Positions 35,886 through 44,874 of a DNA stretch of 64,000 nucleotides are shown here, piece after piece (position 1 is the stretch's first letter; every line of letters begins with the position of its first letter). The notes under the pieces were generated by a model. The model searched no databases. It worked only from the letters and a program-made list of their open reading frames with translations, and was not told the origin of the DNA. Position numbers and translations under genes: made by a program. This stretch comes from Candidatus Nealsonbacteria bacterium (GTDB lineage: Bacteria > Patescibacteriota > Minisyncoccia > Minisyncoccales > RBG-13-42-11). The stretch spans positions 2,761 to 66,760 of the forward strand of contig JAPLXL010000001.1 in the NCBI GenBank assembly GCA_026396115.1. The letters run 5' to 3'.

Positions 35886-36095
35886 TTACGGCAGGTCTAT
35901 TCCTCCTCTATTAAAAGGATGACATCTTAATATTCTCCCAAGCCCTTTTTTTAGCCCTTTTAGTGTTCCGTATTTTTGAATCGTATCTGCTGCATATTTA
36001 GAGCAACTCGGGTAAAAACGACAGTTATAACCCAGCCACGGAGAAATAAACATTTGATAAAATTTTATAATTTTTAAAATTGTTTTTTTAACCAT
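35886..36095 (-). CDS. yidD: Membrane protein insertion efficiency factor YidD
   Basis: FYQMFISPWLG.NCRFYPSCSKYA...HPFNRGGIDLP. Confidence 0.92.
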   Translation of the reverse strand: MVKKTILKIIKFYQMFISPWLGYNCRFYPSCSKYAADTIQKYGTLKGLKKGLGRILRCHPFNRGGIDLP

Positions 36096-36103
36096 CGAAA
36101 TAA

Positions 36104-36156
36104 GTCGAATAGATAAATCTCTTCTTCATCTTCGCTTCCTTCGGAAGCTCGATAAT
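36104..36156 (+). repeat. Family-1 mini-element between rnpA and yidD
   Basis: GTCGAATAGAT-AA-ATCTCTTC TTCATCTTCG CTTCC-TTC-GGAAG CTCGATAAT. Confidence 0.85.
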
Positions 36157-36163
36157 TGAAAAT

Positions 36164-36508
36164 TTATCGAACATTGATATTCGCCTTCTTAAATAATTTT
36201 TCAATTGTTTCTTCAATATTTTTAAACTCTTTTTTTTCTATTCCGGGAAGAGTGATAAATAAATTATCGGTGCCCGAACCCAGTAATTTTATTTTCAACC
36301 TGACCATTTCTCTTAATCTTCTCTTAATTTTATTTCTAACATTTGCTTTTTTTGAGATTTTCTGCGAGACAATAAAACCAAAACGGGCGATATTCAAATT
36401 ATTCTTCGCTGTTTTTAAAACTAAAAAGCCTTCTCTAAAGCTTTTTCCTTCTTTAAAAATTCTCTCAATATCTTTCTTTTTTTGGATCCGATGTTTTTTT
36501 GACAACAT
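36164..36508 (-). CDS. rnpA: Ribonuclease P protein component
   Basis: MLSKKHRIQKKKDIERIFKEGKSF...; basic, 114 aa, downstream of rpmH. Confidence 0.88.
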   Translation of the reverse strand: MLSKKHRIQKKKDIERIFKEGKSFREGFLVLKTAKNNLNIARFGFIVSQKISKKANVRNKIKRRLREMVRLKIKLLGSGTDNLFITLPGIEKKEFKNIEETIEKLFKKANINVR

Positions 36509-36520
36509 AAACTAAGCTGT

Positions 36521-36655
36521 CTAAACCACCAACTTTGATCTTTTTTTTCTTCTTCGTCGGGATAATATTCTTCTTCCGTCTTTTGTCTTCATTCTTTTTC
36601 TAAAACCGTGCGTCCTTTTTCTTTTCCTTGTTTTTTTTTGATAAGTAACAGACAT
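36521..36655 (-). CDS. rpmH: 50S ribosomal protein L34 (not in the ORF track)
   Basis: Own translation: [44 protein letters not shown]. Confidence 0.9.
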   Translation of the reverse strand: MSVTYQKKTRKRKRTHGFRKRMKTKDGRRILSRRRRKKRSKLVV

Positions 36656-36833
36656 AAATAAATACAATTAAACTTTACTGAGCACATAATTTGTTATGTG
36701 CTTCAGTTTATTATTTACATTAGCAAAAAATATAATTACCGTCAATTTTCACAGTTTTTCCTCAACTTTTCAACAACCCAAGTCCTTTTCTCCTTCATTT
36801 TGATTTTTTTTGACATGTGATATAATACTCAAT

Positions 36834-38204
36834 ATGAACATTTCTAACTCCATCGTGAACAAAGATGAACTATGGCAAGCGATTCTTGCTCAAATCCAAC
36901 TAGACATCTCTCAAGCTAACTTTGCCACCTGGTTTAAAGATACCAATATAGCCGTTTATAAAGATGGTCAGGTAATTGTTTCCACTCCAAACTCTTTTGC
37001 TAAGGAATGGCTGGAAAACAAATACGGAAAAACCATTTTCAAGATTTTTTATAATTTAGATAAAAGGATTAAAGAAGTTAAATACACGGTTGGAAAATCG
37101 GAATTAAAAACAATTAAAAAACCGACAATTTCGTTTCCCAGTGCCGGACAACTTGAGTTTGAAGAATTTAAAATTGATAAAGAAACAAATCTTAATCCTC
37201 GTTACACTTTTGAAAATTTTGTAGTAGGCCCCTTTAATGAATTGGCTCACGCTGCCGCCTGGGCTATCTCAAAAAAGCCGGGGCTGGTTTATAATCCTCT
37301 TTTTATTTATGGAGGAGTAGGCCTGGGCAAAACACATCTTTTACAATCTGTCGGCAATGCAGTAATGAAAAACTTTTCTCAAAAAAAAATAAGATATATA
37401 CCATCTGAAAAGTTTACTACCGGACTGGTTTCTTCTATAAAAAACCAAAGTATCGAAGATTTTAAAATAAAATATCGAGCCATTGATGTTTTAATTTTAG
37501 ACGATGTTCAATTCTTGACCGGAAAAGAAAAAACCCAAGAAGAGTTTTTTCATATTTTCAATGCTTTGTATGAAAAAAATAAACAAATAATTATTTCTTC
37601 GGACAGGCCCCCAAAAGCCATTCCGGCCTTAGCTGAAAGACTGAGGTCACGCTTTGAAGGAGGAATGATCGGGGATATAAGTTATCCTGATTACGAAACA
37701 AGAATTGCTATCCTTAAAACTAAAAGTCAGGAAAGAGGAGTAAATTTTTCCGATGAAGTGTTGGATTATATTGCTGTAAATATTCAAAAAAATATAAGAG
37801 AGCTTGAAGGGGCTTTAAACAGATTAATTGCTTATCAAAAAATAAACAATCAACCGCCTAACTTAGAAATAGCTAAATCTTTATTAAAAACGCTATTCCT
37901 TTCTCCAAATAAGGTAGCTAATTATAAAAAAATAATTCAGGCAGTGACCGAGTTTTATGATTTAAAAGAAAAAGACTTACTTTCTTCGTCAAGAAAAAAA
38001 GAGATAGTCGGGCCTCGCCAGGTAGCAATGTTTTTGTTGAGAGAATTATTAAAAAGTTCTTATCCTTTTATAGGCAGGAAGCTTGGAGGAAAAGACCACA
38101 CCACGGCTATTCATGCTTGTGGAAAAATTGTTAAAGAAATAGAAAATAACGAAAATCTTAATAATGAAATTGACTTGATAAAACAGCGCATCTTTAGTGC
38201 ATAA
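36834..38204 (+). CDS. dnaA: Chromosomal replication initiator DnaA
   Basis: Walker A GGVGLGKTHL, ILDDVQF, and a C-terminal DNA-binding helix region (GGKDHTTAIHA). I prefer the ATG at 36834, 7 nt after TATAAT (36821-36826), over the TTG at 36810. Confidence 0.93.
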   Translation: MNISNSIVNKDELWQAILAQIQLDISQANFATWFKDTNIAVYKDGQVIVSTPNSFAKEWLENKYGKTIFKIFYNLDKRIKEVKYTVGKSELKTIKKPTISFPSAGQLEFEEFKIDKETNLNPRYTFENFVVGPFNELAHAAAWAISKKPGLVYNPLFIYGGVGLGKTHLLQSVGNAVMKNFSQKKIRYIPSEKFTTGLVSSIKNQSIEDFKIKYRAIDVLILDDVQFLTGKEKTQEEFFHIFNALYEKNKQIIISSDRPPKAIPALAERLRSRFEGGMIGDISYPDYETRIAILKTKSQERGVNFSDEVLDYIAVNIQKNIRELEGALNRLIAYQKINNQPPNLEIAKSLLKTLFLSPNKVANYKKIIQAVTEFYDLKEKDLLSSSRKKEIVGPRQVAMFLLRELLKSSYPFIGRKLGGKDHTTAIHACGKIVKEIENNENLNNEIDLIKQRIFSA

Positions 38205-38358
38205 ATTGGGGGAAAATACAAAAATTTTAAAATCCACAAAAAATTAAATATTTTTTCATGCTTCTTTAAACCCTTTTAAATATATTAAAATCAACTCAAA
38301 TAAAAATTAATTAACAGCACTAATAATAATTAATAATAAAATATAAAATAAAATAATT
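38205..38358. other. Candidate oriC unwinding region (dnaA-dnaN intergenic, extremely AT-rich)
   Basis: A 154-bp run that is almost entirely A/T, with one DnaA-box-like AAATCCACA near 38232. The rpmH-dnaA spacer (36656-36833) is the alternative. Confidence 0.4.
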
Positions 38359-39507
38359 ATGAAGATTACTATTTTAAAAGATAAACTAAAAGAAGGTATT
38401 AATATAATTGAAAAAATTTCAACCAAATCGATAAGTTTACCAATTTTAAATAATGTTTTAATTTCGACTGAAAAAAATTTTTTAAATTTAACCACCACCG
38501 ATTTAGAAGTCGGAGTAAAATGGTGGTCACTTATTAAGACGGAAAGAGAAGGAAAAGTTGCTGTTCCTTCAAGAATTCTATCCGGTTTTATTAATTTTTT
38601 ACCGAACAGATTGGTAAATTTAGAATTAGAAGATTTTAATTTAAAAATTAAATGTGAAAATTATGAAACAACAATAAAAGGTGTTAACCCGGAAGATTTT
38701 CCCATCATTCCTCAAGTTTCTGACGAAGAAAAGATTGAAGTTCAAATTAAATCTTTTTGTAAAAGTTTAAGTAGCGTGGTGGATGTCGCCAGTATTTCTT
38801 CAACTAAACCAGAAATTTCAGGAGTTTATTTTATCTTTCAAAAAAATTTAATAACAATGGCAGCTACCGATAGTTTCCGTTTAGGAGAGAAGAAAATTTA
38901 TTTAGATTCTCCTTTAAATAATATTTCTAAAGATTATTCATTGATTCTTCCCCAAAAAGCGGCCAAGGAAATTATTAATATTTTTGGCGAAAAAGAAGGT
39001 GTTTTAACAATTTATTTTTCTCCTAATCAAATTTTGTTTGAGACTTCTCTTTTAGAGGTTTCTCACCCCCAAATTCAACTTACTTCAAGATTGATTGAGG
39101 GAGATTATCCAAATTACCAAGAAATTATTCCCAAAAGATACGATACTCGTATTATTTTTTCTCTTGAAGAATTCATCAACCAAATTAAATTGGCATCGCT
39201 TTTTAGCGGGAAAATCAACGAAATTAAATTGAAAATTGATCCCTCAAAAAATCAAATTAATTTTTTTAGTCAAAACTCCGACGTTGGAGAATATCAAAGT
39301 TTTCTGATTGGTAAAGTAGAGGGAAAACCTTGTGAAATTTCTTTTAATTATCGATTTTTATTAGATGGCCTTTTAAACCTTAGCTCCTTGCAACAAAAAA
39401 AACCAGAAGCTGTTTTAGAACTAACTGGCTCAGAAAAGCCGGGTATTTTAAGATTAAAGGATGAAGAGAGTTATCTTTATTTAGTCATGCCGATCAAAAG
39501 CAGTTAA
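38359..39507 (+). CDS. dnaN: DNA polymerase III beta sliding clamp
   Basis: MKITILKDKLKEGINIIEKI..., 382 aa, directly downstream of dnaA. Confidence 0.92.
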   Translation: MKITILKDKLKEGINIIEKISTKSISLPILNNVLISTEKNFLNLTTTDLEVGVKWWSLIKTEREGKVAVPSRILSGFINFLPNRLVNLELEDFNLKIKCENYETTIKGVNPEDFPIIPQVSDEEKIEVQIKSFCKSLSSVVDVASISSTKPEISGVYFIFQKNLITMAATDSFRLGEKKIYLDSPLNNISKDYSLILPQKAAKEIINIFGEKEGVLTIYFSPNQILFETSLLEVSHPQIQLTSRLIEGDYPNYQEIIPKRYDTRIIFSLEEFINQIKLASLFSGKINEIKLKIDPSKNQINFFSQNSDVGEYQSFLIGKVEGKPCEISFNYRFLLDGLLNLSSLQQKKPEAVLELTGSEKPGILRLKDEESYLYLVMPIKSS

Positions 39508-39565
39508 ACCTAGAAATAAATTGAAAATTTATTGAAAGGTGAGATGAATCGAAGATTCATTGAAC
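39508..39565 (-). repeat. Family-2 double-hairpin element, empty-site version
   Basis: The minus strand reads GGTTCAATGAATC-TTC-GATTCATCTCACCTTTC AATAAATT-TTC-AATTTATT TCTAGG. Confidence 0.8.
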
Positions 39566-41593
39566 CTAAGGTGTAAATTGTTCCTTAGGAAGTTCGAGTA
39601 ATATTTCTTTAAGAAAATCATGAAAAATTGGCCCGGCAACTGTGGCGGCGGGCTGTTTTTTTATCATCGGTGCGTTATTGTTATTGCCGACCCAAACCCC
39701 GACCACAATTGAAGGAGTGTATCCTATTGTCCAGGCATCTCTGAAATTATCCGTTGTCCCAGTTTTTGCTGCTACCTGATAGTCGTCAAAATATAAATGA
39801 GACCTGGCGCCAAACATAGGCGTTCTTGCTTCATTGTCCGATAAAATATTATTAATGAGCCGGGCTACATCTTTGGGTAAAACTCTTTTTAGAGTTTTTT
39901 TATTTTTTTCAATAGTGTTGCCATCATAATCTTCAATTTTTAAAACTGAAACCGGCGGTATCGCCAATCCCTCAGTGGCAAAAGCGCCGTAAGCTGAAGC
40001 CATATCTAAAAGTTTTACTTCTCCTCCACCTAAGACAATTGCCGGGCCATAAGAAGACAAAGGTTTATTTAAGGTGGTAATCCCCATATTTTTGGCTGTT
40101 TCAATACTATTTTCTAAGCCTTTGAGAAAGACGTTTTCCAGCCCTAAAAAGTTATTGATTCCTAAACTTTCCACTTTGTTTTCCAGGCCGGCCAGAAAAA
40201 GAACTTTTATCGAAGGAATGTTTAATGATTGAGCCAAACCTTGCCGCAGATTAACCCAACCCCGAAACATTCCATCGTAGTTTTGGGGAGTGTATTCTTT
40301 ATTCCCCCAAACACCAAAATTGGAGGCTTCATCAGTTACTTTTGTTCTATCATCATACCCTCCTTTTTCAAAAGCAGTAGCGTAAATAAAAGGTTTGAAA
40401 GCAGAACCCGGTTGCCTTCCGGGACTTTCTTTGGTTCCAATTGCCACATTGAATTTTGGATCAAACAAACAATCTCTGCCGGCAGTGCAATTTTGAGGAT
40501 AGGAACTAGTGGCGTACCAATCAGCTGAGCCGACCATAGCTAAAATTTCGCCATTTTCAGGATTTATAGCCACCAAGGCAGCATTATAGGCGTTATATAT
40601 TTTATTCCTTTCAACTCCTTCCTTAATTACTTTTTCCGCCAATTCTTGCAATTCCCAATCTAAAGAGGTATAGATTTTAACTCCATTTTCTTTTAAATAT
40701 TCAAGGTCCTGACCGTATTTTGGTTTAAGGTAATTTTCAATTATATATAAGACAAAATGAGGAGCCTTAATTGTTGTTGGAGTTTTGAACTCAATTATTT
40801 CTTCTTTTGCTATCTCTAAGTTTTCTTTAGTTAAAAAACCCTCTTCCAGCATTCTTTCTAAAACATAATCTTTTCTTGCTAAAAGCTTATCTTTATCTTC
40901 TCCGTATGGAGAAAAGTGATAGGGGGCCTGGATTAAAGCAGCCAAAACGGCAGATTCAGCCATTGTGATATCGGAAACAGGTTTATTAAAATAAATTTGG
41001 CTGGCAGATTCCACTCCATAAGCGTTTTGGCCAAGAGGAATTTGGTTTAAATACCATCCTAGAATTTCATCTTTTGAATAACGCCTGTCTAATTCTAAAG
41101 CCAAAATAATTTCTCTTATTTTTCTCTCTATAGTTTTCTCGGGCGTGAAAAAAGCTGACCTAATCAATTGCTGGGGAATTGTTGAGCCACCGTAGACCGG
41201 CCTACCAATTTTTAAATTAATTAGTATAGATCTCAATATTCCTTCAAAATCAATCCCAAAATGGTGATAAAAATTAGCGTCTTCAGTGACAATAACCGCC
41301 TGTTTTAAATATTCAGGGATGTTTTCTAAGGAAACAATCGTTCTTTTTTCTTCTCCGTATATTTCATACAACAAAACTTTGCCGGTGCGGTCATAGATTT
41401 TAGTTGATTCGATAAAGTGTTTTTCGGTGAAAATCTCCGGCCTTGGCAAATCTTTAGCATAGAAAACAAAAACAAAAAGAACAATAAAAGTCGCTAAAAG
41501 ACATCCGAGACCAAACAATTTTAAAACAGAAAAAAACAAAACTTTTTTCCTGTTTTTCTGGTAGATTTTACGATATGTTTTTCGCTGAGCCAT
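39566..41593 (-). CDS. Class A penicillin-binding protein (transglycosylase plus transpeptidase)
   Basis: GT51 motifs EDANFYHHFGIDFEGILRS and GGSTIPQQL; a transpeptidase SxxK context (GSAFKP) and KTGTT. Confidence 0.9.
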   Translation of the reverse strand: MAQRKTYRKIYQKNRKKVLFFSVLKLFGLGCLLATFIVLFVFVFYAKDLPRPEIFTEKHFIESTKIYDRTGKVLLYEIYGEEKRTIVSLENIPEYLKQAVIVTEDANFYHHFGIDFEGILRSILINLKIGRPVYGGSTIPQQLIRSAFFTPEKTIERKIREIILALELDRRYSKDEILGWYLNQIPLGQNAYGVESASQIYFNKPVSDITMAESAVLAALIQAPYHFSPYGEDKDKLLARKDYVLERMLEEGFLTKENLEIAKEEIIEFKTPTTIKAPHFVLYIIENYLKPKYGQDLEYLKENGVKIYTSLDWELQELAEKVIKEGVERNKIYNAYNAALVAINPENGEILAMVGSADWYATSSYPQNCTAGRDCLFDPKFNVAIGTKESPGRQPGSAFKPFIYATAFEKGGYDDRTKVTDEASNFGVWGNKEYTPQNYDGMFRGWVNLRQGLAQSLNIPSIKVLFLAGLENKVESLGINNFLGLENVFLKGLENSIETAKNMGITTLNKPLSSYGPAIVLGGGEVKLLDMASAYGAFATEGLAIPPVSVLKIEDYDGNTIEKNKKTLKRVLPKDVARLINNILSDNEARTPMFGARSHLYFDDYQVAAKTGTTDNFRDAWTIGYTPSIVVGVWVGNNNNAPMIKKQPAATVAGPIFHDFLKEILLELPKEQFTP

Positions 41594-41673
41594 ATTTTTT
41601 TCTACCTAAACTTTAAAAGATTTAGCTTAATTTGGCAAGTTTTTGCTTTCTTGTTATACTAAAAACATATGGA

Positions 41674-41804
41674 CTCCGTTAGAAGCTTTGGGCAGAAAAA
41701 AATCATTAGAAATTTTTTTCTGCTCGAAAATAGCGGGGTATTATAAAGAAATAGAGAGTCTGTCTGAAATTATTTGTATATATAAAGACAGATTTCTAAC
41801 GGGG
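41674..41804 (+). promoter_or_regulatory. Structured leader upstream of tyrS (three-helix candidate)
   Basis: P1 is CCGTTAGAA (41676-41684) paired with TTCTAACGG (41794-41802). P2 is GCAGAAAAAAAT (41692-41703) paired with ATTTTTTTCTGC (41712-41723). P3 is TCTGTCT (41759-41765) paired with AGACAGA (41786-41792). The GTG start at 41804 abuts P1. Confidence 0.4.
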
Positions 41805-43000
41805 TGAAAATTAATACCGATTCTAAAAAAATTGAAGAACTGCTTGCCAGAAACACAGAAAAGATTATTGAAAGAGAAAGCTTGCTCAAGAAATTGAAGT
41901 CAGGTAAGAGACTTCGCATAAAACACGGACTAGACCCAACCGGCTCCAAAATTCATATTGGTCGGGCTATTCAATTTAGAAAACTTAAAAGATTTCAGGA
42001 ATTGGGACATCAGATTGTTTTGATTATCGGCGATTTTACAGCTCAAATTGGCGATGCTTCTGATAAACAGGCAATGAGAAAGCCCTTATCCGAAAATGAG
42101 ATTAAAGAGAATATGAAAGATTATGAAAGACAGATTGGAAAAATTTTAGATATGAAAAAAGTAGAAGTTCGTTATAATAGCGAATGGTTGGCTAAGTTAA
42201 GTATAAAAGAACTGCTTTCATTGGCTATGTATTTTACTACTCAACAAATGATCCAAAGAAGGAACTTCAAGGAAAGGTGGGATCAAGGCAAACCAATTGG
42301 GGTTCATGAACTGACTTATCCGTTATTTCAAGGATATGATTCTGTGGCTGTAAAAGCGGATGTAGAAATTGGTGGTTCCGATCAGTTATTCAATCTAAAA
42401 ATTGGCCGAGATATTCAAAAAATGTTCGGACAATTGCCTCAGGATATTATAACTTCAAAGATGCTTTCAGGGTTGGATGGAAGGAAAATGTCAACCAGTT
42501 GGGGTAATGTGGTAACAATTATTGACAAACCAAATGATATGTACGGAAAAATTATGTCAATGAAAGATGAACTAATACCGCAATATTTTGAACTTTGTAC
42601 CGATATTGTTTTGTCAGAAGTAGAAAAAATAAAAAAAGATTTAAAATTTCAAAAATTAAACCCTCGAGATGCTAAAGCCAGATTAGCCAGTGAGATCGTT
42701 AAAATTTATTATTTTCCAAAAGCAGCCCAAAAAGCCGAGGAGGAATTTAATAAAGTTTTTAAAGAAAAAGAGCTGCCATCAAAAATTCCGGCAATTAAGA
42801 TTAAAGAGAAAAGATTAAATATTTTAGATTTATTAGTAAGAACGAAATTAGTTGGTTCTAAAGCTGAAGCTAAAAGATTAGTTCTGCAAAAAGGAGTGAA
42901 AATTAATAGAGAAGTCCAAGACGACTGGAAAAAAGAAGTTGAAACAAAAAAAGGACTGATAATCCAGATAGGGAAAAGAAAGTTTGTAAAGCTTGTTTAA
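41804..43000 (+). CDS. tyrS: Tyrosine--tRNA ligase (GTG start)
   Basis: A HIGH-like KIHIGRA, a KMSKS-like KMSTS, and a C-terminal S4 domain (LLVRTKLVGSKAEAKRLVLQKGVKIN). Confidence 0.88.
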   Translation: MKINTDSKKIEELLARNTEKIIERESLLKKLKSGKRLRIKHGLDPTGSKIHIGRAIQFRKLKRFQELGHQIVLIIGDFTAQIGDASDKQAMRKPLSENEIKENMKDYERQIGKILDMKKVEVRYNSEWLAKLSIKELLSLAMYFTTQQMIQRRNFKERWDQGKPIGVHELTYPLFQGYDSVAVKADVEIGGSDQLFNLKIGRDIQKMFGQLPQDIITSKMLSGLDGRKMSTSWGNVVTIIDKPNDMYGKIMSMKDELIPQYFELCTDIVLSEVEKIKKDLKFQKLNPRDAKARLASEIVKIYYFPKAAQKAEEEFNKVFKEKELPSKIPAIKIKEKRLNILDLLVRTKLVGSKAEAKRLVLQKGVKINREVQDDWKKEVETKKGLIIQIGKRKFVKLV

Positions 43001-43006
43001 AAAATT

Positions 43007-43034
43007 CCCCCGTTTTTAGCGGGGGTAATTTTTT
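43007..43034 (+). terminator. Intrinsic terminator after tyrS
   Basis: CCCCCG-N7-CGGGGG followed by TAATTTTTT. Confidence 0.75.
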
Positions 43035-43287
43035 ACTCTTCAGAGGATTCTTTTTCCTCTTCTTCTTTTTCCTCTTCTTCTTGACTGACAAAAGGAGTTA
43101 AAATTTCATCTTTCATATTATTAGGCCTTGTTATATTAATTATTTTACTCCGCTTTTGGGCGGAGTTTATTGTTTTTAATTTTAGATTTCGACCTTTTCC
43201 GAACACGTAAATTAAATTATGTGTTCAGATGGTTCTATTAGAATTATATTTATCTAAAAAATTTTGTCAAGTCTTTTCTGGATATAT

Positions 43288-43590
43288 TTATTTCCCGTTG
43301 AACTTTTCTTTTTTGAATTGTTTTTTCTTCTTCGACCACGCCCAGATTTCAACTGTCATTTCAACTTTATTTTTTTTTAAAAAGTTTGCTATTTTTTTTC
43401 TTCTGGTTGAAACGTTTGACAGTGTGGTGAGCTGAATATTTTTTTTCTTTCTTCCTTTTATGGCCAATAAATCAATAATTCCGAATATATCGGTTTGTTT
43501 AAATTTCACTTTCGGCCCAAACCACGTTATCCAGCCGCCAGCTTGAAGTTCTTCGATTGCTTTTTTTCTGATTTCACTCTCTTTTGGCAT
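43288..43590 (-). CDS. Small basic protein, possible PD-(D/E)xK nuclease fold (resolvase-like)
   Basis: 100 aa. The DIFGIIDLLAIKG...IQLTT pattern is loosely Hjc/RecB-like, which is weak evidence. Confidence 0.35.
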   Translation of the reverse strand: MPKESEIRKKAIEELQAGGWITWFGPKVKFKQTDIFGIIDLLAIKGRKKKNIQLTTLSNVSTRRKKIANFLKKNKVEMTVEIWAWSKKKKQFKKEKFNGK

Positions 43591-43591
43591 A

Positions 43592-44323
43592 TTATAATTT
43601 TAAATTTGAATATATTTCCTGGACTGCGTCGTTTTCGTCTAGAATTTCAAAAAGTTTTTGGCAGGCTTCTTTTGTTTTTTTATCAACAGAAATTTCTTCC
43701 TTGGGCATCAAGTCCAGTGAGGTTGCGTCAATTTTTATTTCTTTTTCTTCTAATTTTTTCTTTACCGCGTCCAGGTCTTTAGGATTTGTGTAAACGTCTA
43801 AAGTGTTGTCGTACCAATAAACGTCCTCGGCACCGGCCTCAATAGCCGTTAATTCCAGGTCGTCCTTATTTTTAATCTTTGGCTGTTCATCCGGCTTGAC
43901 GGTAATTGCCCCTCTTTTTTCAAAAAGCCATTTTACCGACCCTTCTCCAGCCAGTTTTCCCTGATTTTGATTTAAGATTTGTTTGATTTCTCCAAGCGTG
44001 CGATTTTTGTTGTCGGTAATTCCTTCAACAATAATGGCTATGCCTCCCGGGCCGAAGGCCTCAAAAACCACTTCAGTTAAGTTGGTCCCTTCTTCTCCTC
44101 CAGTTGCCTGCTTTATAGCCCGTTCAATATTTTCTTTGGGTAAATTAAAACCCTTGGCTTGCTCAATTGCCACTTTTAGCTTCGTATTGGTTTCAGGGTT
44201 TGGTCCTCCATCTTTTACCGCAATCGAAATTACTCTAGCCATTTTGGAAAAAATTTGGCCTCTTTTTTGGTCGGTAATATCCTTTTGGTGTTTTATGGTT
44301 CGCGCATGGCTATGACCGCTCAT
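43592..44323 (-). CDS. yebC: YebC/PmpR-family transcriptional regulator
   Basis: MSGHSHARTIKHQKDITDQKRGQIFSKMARVISIAVKDGGPNPETN... Confidence 0.92.
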   Translation of the reverse strand: MSGHSHARTIKHQKDITDQKRGQIFSKMARVISIAVKDGGPNPETNTKLKVAIEQAKGFNLPKENIERAIKQATGGEEGTNLTEVVFEAFGPGGIAIIVEGITDNKNRTLGEIKQILNQNQGKLAGEGSVKWLFEKRGAITVKPDEQPKIKNKDDLELTAIEAGAEDVYWYDNTLDVYTNPKDLDAVKKKLEEKEIKIDATSLDLMPKEEISVDKKTKEACQKLFEILDENDAVQEIYSNLKL

Positions 44324-44874
44324 ACTTTTTTATTATATCCCTTTTTAATTTTATTTTTAAGTATTAAAATTATTACTCCGAAAAAAATAGCGAGACCTAA
44401 AGCGATTAAAAAAATATGTAAAGAATCAAATGCTCTAGGAAGCTGTTCGCCGATGTCTGCCAATTGCTGTTTTTGAAATTGATTTTTTTGTAATTCTTTG
44501 TTTGGTTCGACTTTTTCTTTTTGGCCAATTTCGTTTTGAGTTGCCGGCAATGACGTTATATTGACGGAGCCCTGAGTTAGAACAGAACTCCAAACCCAAC
44601 CGTTTTCTGTTTTATTATAGGATTGGTCCAGAGGAGCTTTTTGATAGTTGACCTTATCTAATATATTCCCATTTGGCTGGATAAGCAATAATCCGTCTTC
44701 GTCATTATTTAAAGTGATTTTACTTTCGGGTCGGGGAAGAACTAAAAATCCTTGGGCTGAAATTTTTGTTCCAGCAGGAAGCATATAAGTAGTGGTTCCG
44801 CCGGCCGTGTCAACTATTTGCCATTTAGAGAGATCTACTTCAAAATTATTTTGGTTAAAAATCTCAATCCATTC
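44320..44874 (-). pseudogene. C-terminal fragment of a lamin-tail-domain (LTD) membrane protein split by the integrated element
   Basis: It encodes ..EEWIEIFNQNNFEVDLSKWQIVDTAGG... and a C-terminal TM segment. The first 16 codons of track ORF 44320-44925 come from element DNA. Confidence 0.8.

Noticed and set aside
36156-36515. Plus-strand 119-aa ORF
   Set aside because: It is the exact antisense of rnpA, which has the expected basic sequence and operon context.
41594-41803. T-box riboswitch upstream of tyrS
   Set aside because: I could not find the conserved T-box 14-mer (..GGGUGG.ACC.CG) or a specifier-loop layout. It is kept only as a generic structured-leader candidate.
43037-43120. Minus-strand 27-codon acidic ORF (MKDEILTPFVSQEEEEKEEEEKESSEE) upstream of a bidirectional terminator
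   Set aside because: It is too short and low-complexity to support without conservation or expression data.
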